Source: a virus
DNA length: 64,000 bases
Virus record (IMG/VR): IMGVR_UViG_3300023184_004954
Span: 3,092 to 67,091 of that record
Reading direction: 5' to 3' (one strand)
The first letter of the stretch is position 1, and each line of letters starts with the position of its first letter. Both the position numbers and the translations under genes were made by a program. Positions 27,384 to 37,624 of the stretch are shown in pieces. A model generated the notes under the pieces. The model saw nothing but the letters and a program-made list of their open reading frames with translations, ran no database searches and had not been told where the DNA came from.

Positions 27384-27836
27384 TTATTTTTTCTTCCATT
27401 TTCCACCTAAACTTTTGTAGTGTTTAGCTGCGCCTCCATTACAATAGGCGCTTGGACAAACTTTATATTTGGTTTTAGCCCACGATAATGATTTTTTCCA
27501 TAAGGCCGGATTGGTTGGTACATTTTTCTTTTGTTTTTCAGACTCTGACATTATACTATCTTGATGAGTGGTTTCATCTTTTTTTGTTTCATTCATCATA
27601 AAGTCAAATACTTGGTCAATATTCTCCTTTGCGGATGAAATGTGGTCATCAGCCCAATCGTGTCCGTTCATTAGAATCTCGTCCACCATATGGGGGTCTA
27701 ATTGCAATAATAGTTCACATTGTCTTTTCATTTGTTCCAAATTACTAAAAAACATATAATTTGGAGATTCTTCTTCTTTAATAACCTTTTTAACAAGGCG
27801 ATTTAAGTCTGATTCTGTTAGTTTTATTATTCTCAT
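27384..27836 (-). CDS. Leader-tagged hypothetical protein with basic C-terminal domain
   Basis: MRIIKLTESDLNRLVKKVIKEE leader; C-terminal PTNPALW...PSAY.NG...YK..GGKW. Confidence 0.85.
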   Translation of the reverse strand: MRIIKLTESDLNRLVKKVIKEEESPNYMFFSNLEQMKRQCELLLQLDPHMVDEILMNGHDWADDHISSAKENIDQVFDFMMNETKKDETTHQDSIMSESEKQKKNVPTNPALWKKSLSWAKTKYKVCPSAYCNGGAAKHYKSLGGKWKKK

Positions 27837-27840
27837 TGTA

Positions 27841-28038
27841 TTAATTATTTAATCCGTTAAATCCTCCGATAGTTATACTTGATAAGTCTACAACCGTATC
27901 TCCTGTTTTTGAGTGAGCATATGTTATTGATTGTGGATGTGGAGCATTTCCTAAGGACTCGTCCCAACTACCACCTGAAAAGGAACCTAACATTTCATTA
28001 GTATATTCGTAAAAAGTGTTTGCACTATATGTTGCCAT
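27841..28038 (-). CDS. Small hypothetical (possibly virion) protein
   Basis: 65-aa ORF; late motif 14 nt upstream. Confidence 0.65.
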   Translation of the reverse strand: MATYSANTFYEYTNEMLGSFSGGSWDESLGNAPHPQSITYAHSKTGDTVVDLSSITIGGFNGLNN

Positions 28039-28078
28039 AATTTTTTTTATTTATAAATATCTTTAAATAGATAAGTTT

Positions 28079-29575
28079 TTATTTTTTATTAACTATTTGA
28101 AAAGTTAATTGTTTTTTATAAGTATCCTTTTGTCCACTGATATTAACTTTTATGTCAACATAATATTCATTTGGTATTTTATCTGTTGTATCAAAAATAA
28201 AATAATATTCATTGGGGGTTCTATTAATTTTTGTCCAATCTTGAACTTGAACTTCTGTTGTTCCTTCTTTTACATATATTCTATAATAGGAATCAACATC
28301 CGGCAATAAAGTTTGGGTTGAATAAGCCTTTTTAATTATCACACCTACCTTTCTAATATCTGTATTAAGAATTTTTTCATCTTGTTTAATACCATAGAAG
28401 TCAAACCCAAAAATTTCAGGTGTTTTAGACAAAGAACTTGCATTAATTTTGGATGCAATATTTTTTAAGATAAATTGATTGGTTATATTTGGTAATGATT
28501 CCCCATTTATTTTAATATTTGCCCAAACATCATAAAATTCACAAGGAGAATTATAATTATTAAAACTATTTGGTACTACTATCTCATAAACCCCTTTAGT
28601 TCTAGGACAAGCCGACAATGATAAAATAACAGGTGCATCATCTCTATCTAAAATTGTTACAATTGGGTTTTCATCCAAATTAGCCAAATCACCATTTTGA
28701 TAAACATATAAATAAAGTTTATTGGTTTGATTTTTAACAAAATTATTTCTGTCATCTTTAATTAAGTCATCATATGTTGTTTGTAAGAATGGTTGATAAA
28801 ACGTCTGAGTATGTCTTGTAAAAAATGCAACACTATAAGCTTCGGTTAATCCTGTGATTGTCTCAACATCAGGTAAATAAGCAACTCCCCATCCAGTTAC
28901 ATCAGTTAATGTACCATCAATAATACTATTAATTTCATTTGTCATATCAAAATTAATATCTTCATTTCCAAATTCAAAATGTTGTCTATCTACAATATAT
29001 AAATCAGAAAAATTAACAATACCATTATTTTTATTATCATACATTCCTGGTTGAGACCAGTCAGTTACCGTAGTTGTCTTATACCAATTTGATGGTCTTG
29101 TTGAGAATGACCTATCATCAATATAAGTCATAGGAGAACCTCCACCTTGTGAATTAACAACCGCCAAATTAAATTCATTGAAATCATACCCAACCCCTTC
29201 GTCCCAATATTGAGGGTCGCCAATATCTCCTTCCGTTTTTGGTATTCTAAATAAAACTAAATCAAAAGAAGTTGCACGCCTTCTTCCTGTTGTCATTTTA
29301 GTGTTTAATAAATCTTCTTGAAATGAAGATGTGTTTGTCATTTGGAGATAATGTGTCATATTATCAGTACACGCAGTAGTGATAAAATTATCTTTAATGT
29401 TATTGATTAAACTTGATAAGTCTAAATCAAATATGAATCTTGTGAACCCATAATTGGGTATAAGATAATCTGAGGCACCGAAACTTAACTCTGTAACGGG
29501 GTTTCTACCCGTATTAACATCAGAATTAGAGATTAAGGTGTTGTTTCTATTAATGTATGACCTGTATATTGACAT
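28079..29575 (-). CDS. Putative virion structural protein (beta-rich)
   Basis: 498-aa ORF; late motif at 29590-29596; adjacent to the spike gene. Confidence 0.7.
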   Translation of the reverse strand: MSIYRSYINRNNTLISNSDVNTGRNPVTELSFGASDYLIPNYGFTRFIFDLDLSSLINNIKDNFITTACTDNMTHYLQMTNTSSFQEDLLNTKMTTGRRRATSFDLVLFRIPKTEGDIGDPQYWDEGVGYDFNEFNLAVVNSQGGGSPMTYIDDRSFSTRPSNWYKTTTVTDWSQPGMYDNKNNGIVNFSDLYIVDRQHFEFGNEDINFDMTNEINSIIDGTLTDVTGWGVAYLPDVETITGLTEAYSVAFFTRHTQTFYQPFLQTTYDDLIKDDRNNFVKNQTNKLYLYVYQNGDLANLDENPIVTILDRDDAPVILSLSACPRTKGVYEIVVPNSFNNYNSPCEFYDVWANIKINGESLPNITNQFILKNIASKINASSLSKTPEIFGFDFYGIKQDEKILNTDIRKVGVIIKKAYSTQTLLPDVDSYYRIYVKEGTTEVQVQDWTKINRTPNEYYFIFDTTDKIPNEYYVDIKVNISGQKDTYKKQLTFQIVNKK

Positions 29576-29596
29576 GGATACTTTTTATTATAAATA

Positions 29597-31420
29597 TCAA
29601 TTCAATCGGATATGCTCGTTTAAAACTTTATTTACCGCATTTTGCATTTCAGATAATAATGTTGAAACACTTGAACCATCTTGTGTAACAGGAACTGGAG
29701 GTAATCCAGGATATGCATGAGTATGTGTTGTTAAGAATCTAACAATAAGATTTATTAATTCTAAAAGTTCTTCTCCTCTAACCATACTTGATGTTTTTGG
29801 TTCAATTTCATCAGTATAATTATCATTTGTAATACCATATAATGTACCATCAAAATTAATTTTTCCTTTCCCCGGTATTGATGATAAATGAGATAATAAA
29901 CATATTATATCAGAACCGAAGGCTCCAAATGTCACAGGAGAATTATTATATTTAAAAATTGGTACATCCGTAGATTTTACATCAAATGGAAACCCAACTT
30001 TATTTTTTGTATAAATTAATCCATATCCTTTAACAATTGTTGTATTATTTAATTTAATACCATTATATATTTTACTTAAATTAAGTTGAGCCGTTGGGTT
30101 TGATGGTAATATTACAGTAGGTGTTGGGGGTGCTGTTGGTATTGTTCCTGTAGATAAATTAATTAAATCTGATTTTGCTGGTAATAATACATTTTCAATA
30201 TTAAGAGATTGTAATTCTGTTTTAACTTGAGCCAATGTTTCAGTATAAAGTCTATCTAAAACTGAAATAGCAGTACAACTGGTACAAGATGTACTTTTCG
30301 TAATAGTTATAACACCCGTTGTTTTATTTATTACTTTAATATCTACATTACCACTCCCAGCTAAAAAGAAGTAAGAACCATAACACCAATAATCTGAAAC
30401 AGGGACATTTAAAGGAGAAACTGTTGAACTATTTATGAATGAATATGTAGAATTAGTTGGTCTATAAAATATTGGAAATGGACTTTCATTGAAAACTTTT
30501 TTCCCATTTATATTACCTTCATTATTACAAGTTATTATAAAATCATTTATAAATTTAATTGTTTCAACCATACTCAAAGCATTGAAACCCCAAGATAAAA
30601 TTAATGATTTATATCCCTCAATATCTGAATCTACTTTTAATTCTATTGAATTAGTTTTAAGGTTAGGTCTCAATTTATACAAATATACATTTCCAGTAAA
30701 TTTATCTTGAGTATTTTCAGGATTTGTTATAACCCATTCTATCAAGTATTTAACCATAACAATTTGTTCAAATTGTTGTGTAAATGTTTTTACGTCATCA
30801 AGAATTTTTATATTGTTAAATCTTGATAATTGTAGAAATGCTCTTGTATTATTTGCCGCAGGTATTGTATTTGGGAGTATATTACCAATTGTTTTTCCCG
30901 CTCTTAATAAAACTTCATCTTCTTTAACTATTAAATCAGCACTACCTCTACCCAAAATCGCATTATCACCTGGTTCAGGGAAAACCCCTTCATTTTTAGG
31001 ACTGGCATATGTACCATCTTGATTTTTTAAAGGTAATGGATTTTTATATTGTCCGCCTACACCCGTAAATTTTTCTGAACCAACATAATATTCACCGGGG
31101 GTTAGTGTTGGTGATGAAAATAAAGATTGTACATAAAATTGACCTTCGTATTTATAGTCCGCATTATAGTAAATTCCATAAACAAGTTCATTTTTTTTTG
31201 GGACTTGATACATAAAATAAGGTAACAATGAATTAAAAATAAATGGGTCTCTTGATGTCCATTTATCTATTTTTTCATCCCAAACCGGGTTTGTTATACT
31301 TGCAATAACATCATTATACGTATCAGTCAATACTCTAGCCCTTACCCTACCTAACATAAGAGGGTCTTGATTGTCTAAGACAATCGCAGGATAAAGAAAA
31401 GGTTTATTTATTCTACTCAT
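29597..31420 (-). CDS. Baseplate central spike/hub protein (gp5/gpV-like)
   Basis: N-terminal OB-fold signature VLDNQDPLMLGRVRARV; C-terminal THTHAYPG apex HxH motif. Confidence 0.75.
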   Translation of the reverse strand: MSRINKPFLYPAIVLDNQDPLMLGRVRARVLTDTYNDVIASITNPVWDEKIDKWTSRDPFIFNSLLPYFMYQVPKKNELVYGIYYNADYKYEGQFYVQSLFSSPTLTPGEYYVGSEKFTGVGGQYKNPLPLKNQDGTYASPKNEGVFPEPGDNAILGRGSADLIVKEDEVLLRAGKTIGNILPNTIPAANNTRAFLQLSRFNNIKILDDVKTFTQQFEQIVMVKYLIEWVITNPENTQDKFTGNVYLYKLRPNLKTNSIELKVDSDIEGYKSLILSWGFNALSMVETIKFINDFIITCNNEGNINGKKVFNESPFPIFYRPTNSTYSFINSSTVSPLNVPVSDYWCYGSYFFLAGSGNVDIKVINKTTGVITITKSTSCTSCTAISVLDRLYTETLAQVKTELQSLNIENVLLPAKSDLINLSTGTIPTAPPTPTVILPSNPTAQLNLSKIYNGIKLNNTTIVKGYGLIYTKNKVGFPFDVKSTDVPIFKYNNSPVTFGAFGSDIICLLSHLSSIPGKGKINFDGTLYGITNDNYTDEIEPKTSSMVRGEELLELINLIVRFLTTHTHAYPGLPPVPVTQDGSSVSTLLSEMQNAVNKVLNEHIRLN

Positions 31421-31622
31421 TTACTCTATTTTGGTATTCTTTTAATGTGATATTATATAATTCTTCAATCTTGTCAAGATGTAAAGTTAAATTTATAAGG
31501 GTTTGTTTTGTAACCTCAAACTCTTCAGTTAATTTATCCAATGAATCTATAATTAAAGTATTTGGTAAATTCTTTAAATTTGTCATTTGGGATACAATGT
31601 TTTCTAATTCTAATTTTGTCAT
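31413..31622 (-). CDS. Hypothetical coiled-coil protein
   Basis: 69-aa ORF tightly packed in the operon. Confidence 0.7.
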   Translation of the reverse strand: MTKLELENIVSQMTNLKNLPNTLIIDSLDKLTEEFEVTKQTLINLTLHLDKIEELYNITLKEYQNRVNE

Positions 31623-31623
31623 A

Positions 31624-33765
31624 TTATCTTTTTTTGCCGAATACTGTTAATAATCCACCAACTATTGGTGGTACAAGTACCGTTGCATCAATAGTACCAT
31701 TTTCAGATTCTTCTTTATCAGAACCTTTTAATAATGCCGTCATAAATTGATTCATTAAATTTGGTGAGCCGTCAGGTAAAGCACCTGTTGGAATACCTAA
31801 GCTTTGTAATTCCTCAATAACATTTAAAGACGCTCTTTCTGCGGAAAATCCTGGTAACATTTGGGTTAAGAAAAGTAATGGTGTTGGAATTCTATTTCCC
31901 TTATTAAACGCAGAATTAAGTAAATTAAGTAAGTTTAATATATCATCAATAAGTGATTTACAATTTCTATAATCACTTATTAATTGAATTACAATTAATG
32001 CCAATTGAATTAATCTAATATATATAGTATATTTTTTTAAAGCCGCAGATTTTTGCATATCTGCAATAGCAACATTTAATAAATTTAAAATGTCTTTTTT
32101 AAGAATATCAAAAAGAATTTTTAAAAATTCAGCATTTAATTTTTGAATAACCCCGAAACAAAACGTTTTAAATTTTTTGAAAAAATCAACCGCATCATCT
32201 ATAACATTATCAACTTCTTGTCCTGTTGTTGTTCCTGATTGTAAAAATGTATTTGCAGATTGTATTTGAGTATTTGCTGATTGTATTACACTATTTCCTG
32301 ATAAAATAAATTGATTAACTTTATTTTTAGCTCCTTTTTCAATAACCGCCAATAAAACAAAAATAGGTAATAAAATTTTTGGTGTTAATATACCTGAAAC
32401 AACAGCTTTAGGGATATCTTTAATAATATTTTTATTAATTTCAATATCAAGTTTAACGCCACTCGGTACTAAAGGTGCCCACGACGGGTTGTCAATAAAG
32501 GTATCTATAATTTTTTCAATTGATTGAACATTTTGCTGTACTGTATTTCCGGTTGCAGATTCTCTAAATTTAACAAGTTCATCAATTATTGTTTCAGAAT
32601 TAACAGGTAATTGAACTTCTCCACAACTTTCAAATTGTACAATTCCTTTTTGTATATTACTTATTTTACCATCTATTTTTCTTAAATCAACATCAGTAAA
32701 TTCAAAAAAACTATTATCAACGCCATCTAATTCTGCGATTTTTGCAATACCTGAGACATCTATTTCACGTCTTGAATCATTACATAAACCCAAAATTCTT
32801 TGTATAAGAAGTTCAACTTTAGTGTCATCACTTAATTTTTTATAACTAACCTTAGCTTTTATACTAATACAATTTGAGGCATAATTTAATAATGCCCCCG
32901 CAACATTAACTGGGTCAATAAGTTTAATTGTACCATAGTAATCACCTAAAAATTGTTTAACTGTATTACCACTTAATGACATTGTGTTAGAAGTAGAGCC
33001 ATTTCTATCTAATAGAAATACCCTAAAATAATCTCCACTTATTCCTAAATCATTAGTTGTTTGATAAACAACATCCATTAATTTTTGTTCAGACCTACCA
33101 TTGTAAAAACTACCAAATTCTGTGCTGTAATTTCTACCAACATTTCCACTATCCATTCTTAAATTCAACATTTTATTTAATGGATAATTTATATTCCCAC
33201 CATATGGTTTGAATTTAGTATCAACAGATGGCTCTGGTTTTTCATAAAAATATTTCCCAATAAAGGATAATGGGTTAATTTTTAAATTCCCCATAAAATC
33301 AATTGAATTTACAGGAATATATATTCCTTGATTTACAGGAAGTGATTGTATATATGGTATTGGGTTAATTGTCGGTAATGTAATGCCAGGATATGTTTGT
33401 TCATGAGAACACCCTAAAGTTTTAATTGTTTCGGATATGACAATTTCTTTAGCCTTTGGTTCTAATTTAACAACAGCTTCTAATAATTTTTTTCTTAAAT
33501 ATTTTAAAGTTTCACTACTATTACCTTTTGTTTTACCAATTAAACCAAGTAATTGGTCCATTGAAGTTGGAACTTCTCTTTGAAATCTTTTTTGTTGTTC
33601 TTTAATTTTATCAAGCTGAGTAGCGGAATCCGATAAAGCCTTTTCAATAGAATTACCTTTATTTTTTTTTAAAGTTTTGGTATCTTGAACACGTTCATTA
33701 CTTGTAATTAATGCGTCTGTTTTACTATTCGCTTCTGCCCAACCTGGTGCAATATCTGGAGGCAT
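31624..33765 (-). CDS. Large hypothetical protein (probable baseplate/tail region)
   Basis: 713-aa ORF co-transcribed with the spike gene. Confidence 0.7.
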   Translation of the reverse strand: MPPDIAPGWAEANSKTDALITSNERVQDTKTLKKNKGNSIEKALSDSATQLDKIKEQQKRFQREVPTSMDQLLGLIGKTKGNSSETLKYLRKKLLEAVVKLEPKAKEIVISETIKTLGCSHEQTYPGITLPTINPIPYIQSLPVNQGIYIPVNSIDFMGNLKINPLSFIGKYFYEKPEPSVDTKFKPYGGNINYPLNKMLNLRMDSGNVGRNYSTEFGSFYNGRSEQKLMDVVYQTTNDLGISGDYFRVFLLDRNGSTSNTMSLSGNTVKQFLGDYYGTIKLIDPVNVAGALLNYASNCISIKAKVSYKKLSDDTKVELLIQRILGLCNDSRREIDVSGIAKIAELDGVDNSFFEFTDVDLRKIDGKISNIQKGIVQFESCGEVQLPVNSETIIDELVKFRESATGNTVQQNVQSIEKIIDTFIDNPSWAPLVPSGVKLDIEINKNIIKDIPKAVVSGILTPKILLPIFVLLAVIEKGAKNKVNQFILSGNSVIQSANTQIQSANTFLQSGTTTGQEVDNVIDDAVDFFKKFKTFCFGVIQKLNAEFLKILFDILKKDILNLLNVAIADMQKSAALKKYTIYIRLIQLALIVIQLISDYRNCKSLIDDILNLLNLLNSAFNKGNRIPTPLLFLTQMLPGFSAERASLNVIEELQSLGIPTGALPDGSPNLMNQFMTALLKGSDKEESENGTIDATVLVPPIVGGLLTVFGKKR

Positions 33766-33767
33766 CC

Positions 33768-34133
33768 TTACTTAATTTTATAGGTTTGTTCATCATTAGT
33801 GACATCTTTTTCAATTAAATTTTGAATTAAGTCGTCATCTAAATCTGCCAAAGAAAAGCTCTCAGTATTAGTGTTAGATTTTTCCCATATTGAGGATTGT
33901 AACTTTGATAGGTTAATTTTCTTCTCAACACAATCATTTACAATTTTTTGTTGCTTTTCAATTACAGGCCCTATTGTTATCATATCTTCCGGGTCCTTCA
34001 TAAATGATAACATTTTATTTTGAATTCTTATTGCAGTATTTCTTTGTTCTACAAGTTCATTATAAATTTCTTGCATTAAAGATAAAATAGACTCTTTCGT
34101 GAAATTAATTTCTTTTCTGTGTGGTTTTGGCAT
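33768..34133 (-). CDS. Hypothetical coiled-coil protein
   Basis: 121-aa ORF; TATTTAT ends 4 nt before the ATG. Confidence 0.75.
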   Translation of the reverse strand: MPKPHRKEINFTKESILSLMQEIYNELVEQRNTAIRIQNKMLSFMKDPEDMITIGPVIEKQQKIVNDCVEKKINLSKLQSSIWEKSNTNTESFSLADLDDDLIQNLIEKDVTNDEQTYKIK

Positions 34134-34151
34134 AATAATAAATACTAAAAA

Positions 34152-34898
34152 TTAGTTTTTCAGTTTAGTTTGTACTATTAAGTATAATTTTTTAAACCTT
34201 TTGATTGAAGTTCTTATTTCCTTTGTGTTTAAATTTGTCATTTCTCTTAAGGATAATAGAATAACATTCTTGTTAAATTTGTTATTATGTGAACCAAAAA
34301 AGATTTCCTGATAATTGTCAAACAAATCAACTAATGCGATTCCTAACTTAACTTCATTCTCATTCAAATCCCCATCAACTAAAAATTCTTTTAATTCTTT
34401 TAAATAAGAATTGATAACGAAATCCATTTCAACAACATCATCATCAATAGTATATGACATATCAGGACGCTCTTCAAGTGCTGAAGAAATATCTTCATAT
34501 GAAACTTTTCTATTAGTTTCTTTTTGGTCTTTAATTATTTGTCCCATCAAATAATTTTTACAAATTGTACCAAAATAAGAATAGGCCTTTTTGTTTTTAG
34601 ATGGTTTAAACTTATCTACTTTAGTCATAAGAAAAGAATGGGTATCTGTATGGATTTCTTTAAAATCCATATCTTTTCTATAAAGTTTATATCTCCTAAT
34701 GATTGAGGAAATCATTTTATCTAAAGGATACCTAAGAAATTCGTTGTAAATTTTATTTTTATCTTCAGATGTTTCCGCAATTAAAAACTCTCTAACTGCG
34801 TTTTCTTCACGAATATCAAAATAATTTTCTTTTACAGCCTTTCTTCCTCTCTTTTTAGATGTACCATCTTCAGTAGTTGCTGAAAGAGTTTCTATCAT
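34152..34898 (-). CDS. Putative late sigma factor (T4 gp55-like, sigma70 region 2)
   Basis: ENYF...KFKPSKNKKAYSYFGTICKNYL resembles the gp55/sigma region 2.3-2.4 pattern (F.P......AYFT..C.N.F). Confidence 0.65.
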   Translation of the reverse strand: MIETLSATTEDGTSKKRGRKAVKENYFDIREENAVREFLIAETSEDKNKIYNEFLRYPLDKMISSIIRRYKLYRKDMDFKEIHTDTHSFLMTKVDKFKPSKNKKAYSYFGTICKNYLMGQIIKDQKETNRKVSYEDISSALEERPDMSYTIDDDVVEMDFVINSYLKELKEFLVDGDLNENEVKLGIALVDLFDNYQEIFFGSHNNKFNKNVILLSLREMTNLNTKEIRTSIKRFKKLYLIVQTKLKN

Positions 34899-35704
34899 TA
34901 TGATGTTTGTGGTTCATACTTTATGACTCTATCGTCTACGAAAAAATATTCTTTTTTTGCTGTCTGAACCCAAAATTTAATCTCATCATCTAAGATTTTT
35001 TCTTCTCCAAATTTATAATTCCAAAAAATAGAATCTTCTCTCATATTTGTGTGCTTATAACCAATTTTAGGGATTGTCATAATTGACACAGAATTATATG
35101 TTAATCTTAATAAAAATTCATAAATAAAGGTAAGCTTAATTGAAGGTTTAAATCCTCCGAAATCTTCAATAACTTGTTTGTTAAAAACCGCACCAGCAGT
35201 TTGAAAGTTTTGATAATTTTGTAAAGTTTCATTTGTTAAAAAACCCATTTCCTGTGTGAAGTTTGCTGCGAAAGTTGCTTCATTTGTAAATCCGGCAAAT
35301 GCATTTTTATCATCCGTATCTACAACAACAGGTAAAAATATTTGTATTTCAGGATATATATCCATATATTTTTTTACATTTTTAAACCAAATGCCAGAAT
35401 ATTCATCATCAAATTCAAATAATGAAAACCATTTTCCTTTTGAGTTTTTTATTCCAAAATTAACTTGTTCAGAGTAATTTGGTTCTTTATCCCAAAGAAG
35501 TTTAACAACATTTAATGTTCCAAAGTCATACTCATTGATATGGTTTATTAATTCCGCTTCAGGTAAATGAATGATAACAAGTTCTTCAGGTTGAATACTT
35601 TGATTCTTAATAGATTTAATCGCCTTATCAAAAAACTCTGAGAAATCTCTAACGTGAGACGTTTTGATAGGTAATATTATTGATAGTGATAAATTGTTTT
35701 CCAT
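34898..35704 (-). CDS. Glycosyltransferase family 2 (GT-A)
   Basis: SIILPI, SIKNQS, VNFGI and FEFDD motifs; start at 35704 preferred. Confidence 0.8.
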   Translation of the reverse strand: MENNLSLSIILPIKTSHVRDFSEFFDKAIKSIKNQSIQPEELVIIHLPEAELINHINEYDFGTLNVVKLLWDKEPNYSEQVNFGIKNSKGKWFSLFEFDDEYSGIWFKNVKKYMDIYPEIQIFLPVVVDTDDKNAFAGFTNEATFAANFTQEMGFLTNETLQNYQNFQTAGAVFNKQVIEDFGGFKPSIKLTFIYEFLLRLTYNSVSIMTIPKIGYKHTNMREDSIFWNYKFGEEKILDDEIKFWVQTAKKEYFFVDDRVIKYEPQTS

Positions 35705-35705
35705 A

Positions 35706-36755
35706 TTATGCTTGAATTTTAGAGATTTGTGATTCAAAAGATTCTGCTCGTGTTTTTAAATATCCTTCAAATAAAGAGACAACATTAGAATCAAATGATT
35801 GTTTATTTTTATATTTTTCTGCGGTTTTTAAACTTTCTTCAACTATTTCTGGTTTAATATTATCTTCTAACCAATTCTGAATAAAATCTGCAATAAAATC
35901 TGCCATTAATGTCTTATCTGTAACCCAAATACCATTATTTTCTGTCATCCATTCTGGTTGAATATTTGGTATTTTACCTAAGACAGGTATTCCACAAGAC
36001 ATAGATTCAATAGGGAATGTTCCAAAAGAACTATCCTCATCAATCCAAACACTTAGGAAACATTCTTTTAATGTCTCAGCAAATTCTTGTTCAGATAATC
36101 CTCTCATATCTTTGAAAGTAAACCATCTATATTGTGGAAATTTTAGATAAAAAGTCTTAATTAAATTAATAGTTTCACTTTGGTCTCTTGAGTGAACAGC
36201 AACTATTGGCATTGGAGGTAATTTTCTTGGTTCAAAATGTTCACCAATTGTTGGCTCAATAATGTCAAAGGTTGTTTGTCTCATTATACGTTCCAAATAC
36301 TCTTTTTGCTTTGCAGTTGTTGTAATACATTTTAAAAACCCAAATTGTGCCCAATTTTGTCCTGGTTGTAATGTTTCCAACACATAACGATAACATTGAG
36401 ATAAAACAATTTTACCACAAGGTAAATCTTTAATTTGGTCCATAATAAAACCAAATATTTCAGGTAATACTATGAAATCTTCTGGAGAAATTTCTAAATT
36501 TTGTCCCTCAATTGATTTGTGAGGTAACTCTGTCATATACTTTTCATCCATCCATTTTGATACCCCAGCATAGTCATTTTTTTCGTGTAAAATAATTGGA
36601 TTAAATCCGTTCATTTTTAGGGTGTAAGCGATTTCATAAATTAATCTAATAGACGCTTTAGCATTTTCTTTTGCGTCCTGTACTAAAAGATAAATTTTTG
36701 ATTTTTTATCTTTAAGTGTTTGTATTGATTGTAATACTTTTTCTTTGTTTTCCAT
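35706..36755 (-). CDS. GT-B fold glycosyltransferase
   Basis: C-terminal SSFGTFPIESMSCGIPVLG motif. Confidence 0.75.
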   Translation of the reverse strand: MENKEKVLQSIQTLKDKKSKIYLLVQDAKENAKASIRLIYEIAYTLKMNGFNPIILHEKNDYAGVSKWMDEKYMTELPHKSIEGQNLEISPEDFIVLPEIFGFIMDQIKDLPCGKIVLSQCYRYVLETLQPGQNWAQFGFLKCITTTAKQKEYLERIMRQTTFDIIEPTIGEHFEPRKLPPMPIVAVHSRDQSETINLIKTFYLKFPQYRWFTFKDMRGLSEQEFAETLKECFLSVWIDEDSSFGTFPIESMSCGIPVLGKIPNIQPEWMTENNGIWVTDKTLMADFIADFIQNWLEDNIKPEIVEESLKTAEKYKNKQSFDSNVVSLFEGYLKTRAESFESQISKIQA

Positions 36756-36759
36756 ATTT

Positions 36760-37038
36760 TTAATAATGATTAATAAGTTTTTTATTTAATAAGCTATTGA
36801 ATGCGATTTTAAAGGGAACACTAATGTTAGCAGAATTCTTAAGTCCCAATTTATCGTCAATTTCTAAATCTTCCGATAAAATAACTTCTAACATCATTTT
36901 AAGCATTTCAAATTTTATTATATTAATTTTCATTTCTGATTCCCCTGAATATGATAAGTCACCGGCGGTGGACATATCAACATAACTCTCTATTGCGTCA
37001 AAGTCAACAAAATAGTTCTCACCTAAAACGTTAAGCAT
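36760..37038 (-). CDS. Hypothetical protein
   Basis: 92-aa ORF in the operon. Confidence 0.7.
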   Translation of the reverse strand: MLNVLGENYFVDFDAIESYVDMSTAGDLSYSGESEMKINIIKFEMLKMMLEVILSEDLEIDDKLGLKNSANISVPFKIAFNSLLNKKLINHY

Positions 37039-37624
37039 AAATTTCTAAGATTTTATTTTTTATTTCTTTAAGACTTGTGATTGTATTTTCACAAACTATA
37101 TCCTTGTTATAGTTGGTTTCATACTTGATAACCATTTTATCTTTAGGATGATTTAATAATAAGTTAGGATTTGATGTAAGTAAAATGTCTATTGAGTCCC
37201 AAAGAGAATTTATTGTAATTTCACTATAAAATTTTATTGTTTCCACTAAACACCCAAACTTTGAAAGAAAAAATAATGAAGCAGGTTTTGATTTACCTAT
37301 TTCGTCAGACATAATTAAAACCTCGTGAGACTCTCTTATATCCAAATAGAACTCATTTAAATCATTCATTGAAGACATCTCAACAGAGCCGGAATGTCCG
37401 AAAATTTCCATTGTATGCTCTTTATATAAGAAATCATACAATTCATCTTTATCTTTAAATGATAAATGATTAAGAATATCTAAACTATCCAAATCACTCA
37501 TAACTTTATACTCAAATTCACCCTCTTCTCTAAATGGATTATCAACATACCATTTTTCATACTCTTGTTGAATTTTTTTTAAAGTGTCCCTAAGAACGCC
37601 ATTTATTTCAATACCAATTCTCAT
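37031..37624 (-). CDS. HAD-fold 5'(3')-deoxyribonucleotidase-like protein with degenerate catalytic motifs
   Basis: MRIGIEINGVLRD instead of IGIDIDGVL; DILLTSNP instead of DxLIDDxP; C-terminal YN. Confidence 0.65.
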   Translation of the reverse strand: MRIGIEINGVLRDTLKKIQQEYEKWYVDNPFREEGEFEYKVMSDLDSLDILNHLSFKDKDELYDFLYKEHTMEIFGHSGSVEMSSMNDLNEFYLDIRESHEVLIMSDEIGKSKPASLFFLSKFGCLVETIKFYSEITINSLWDSIDILLTSNPNLLLNHPKDKMVIKYETNYNKDIVCENTITSLKEIKNKILEIYA

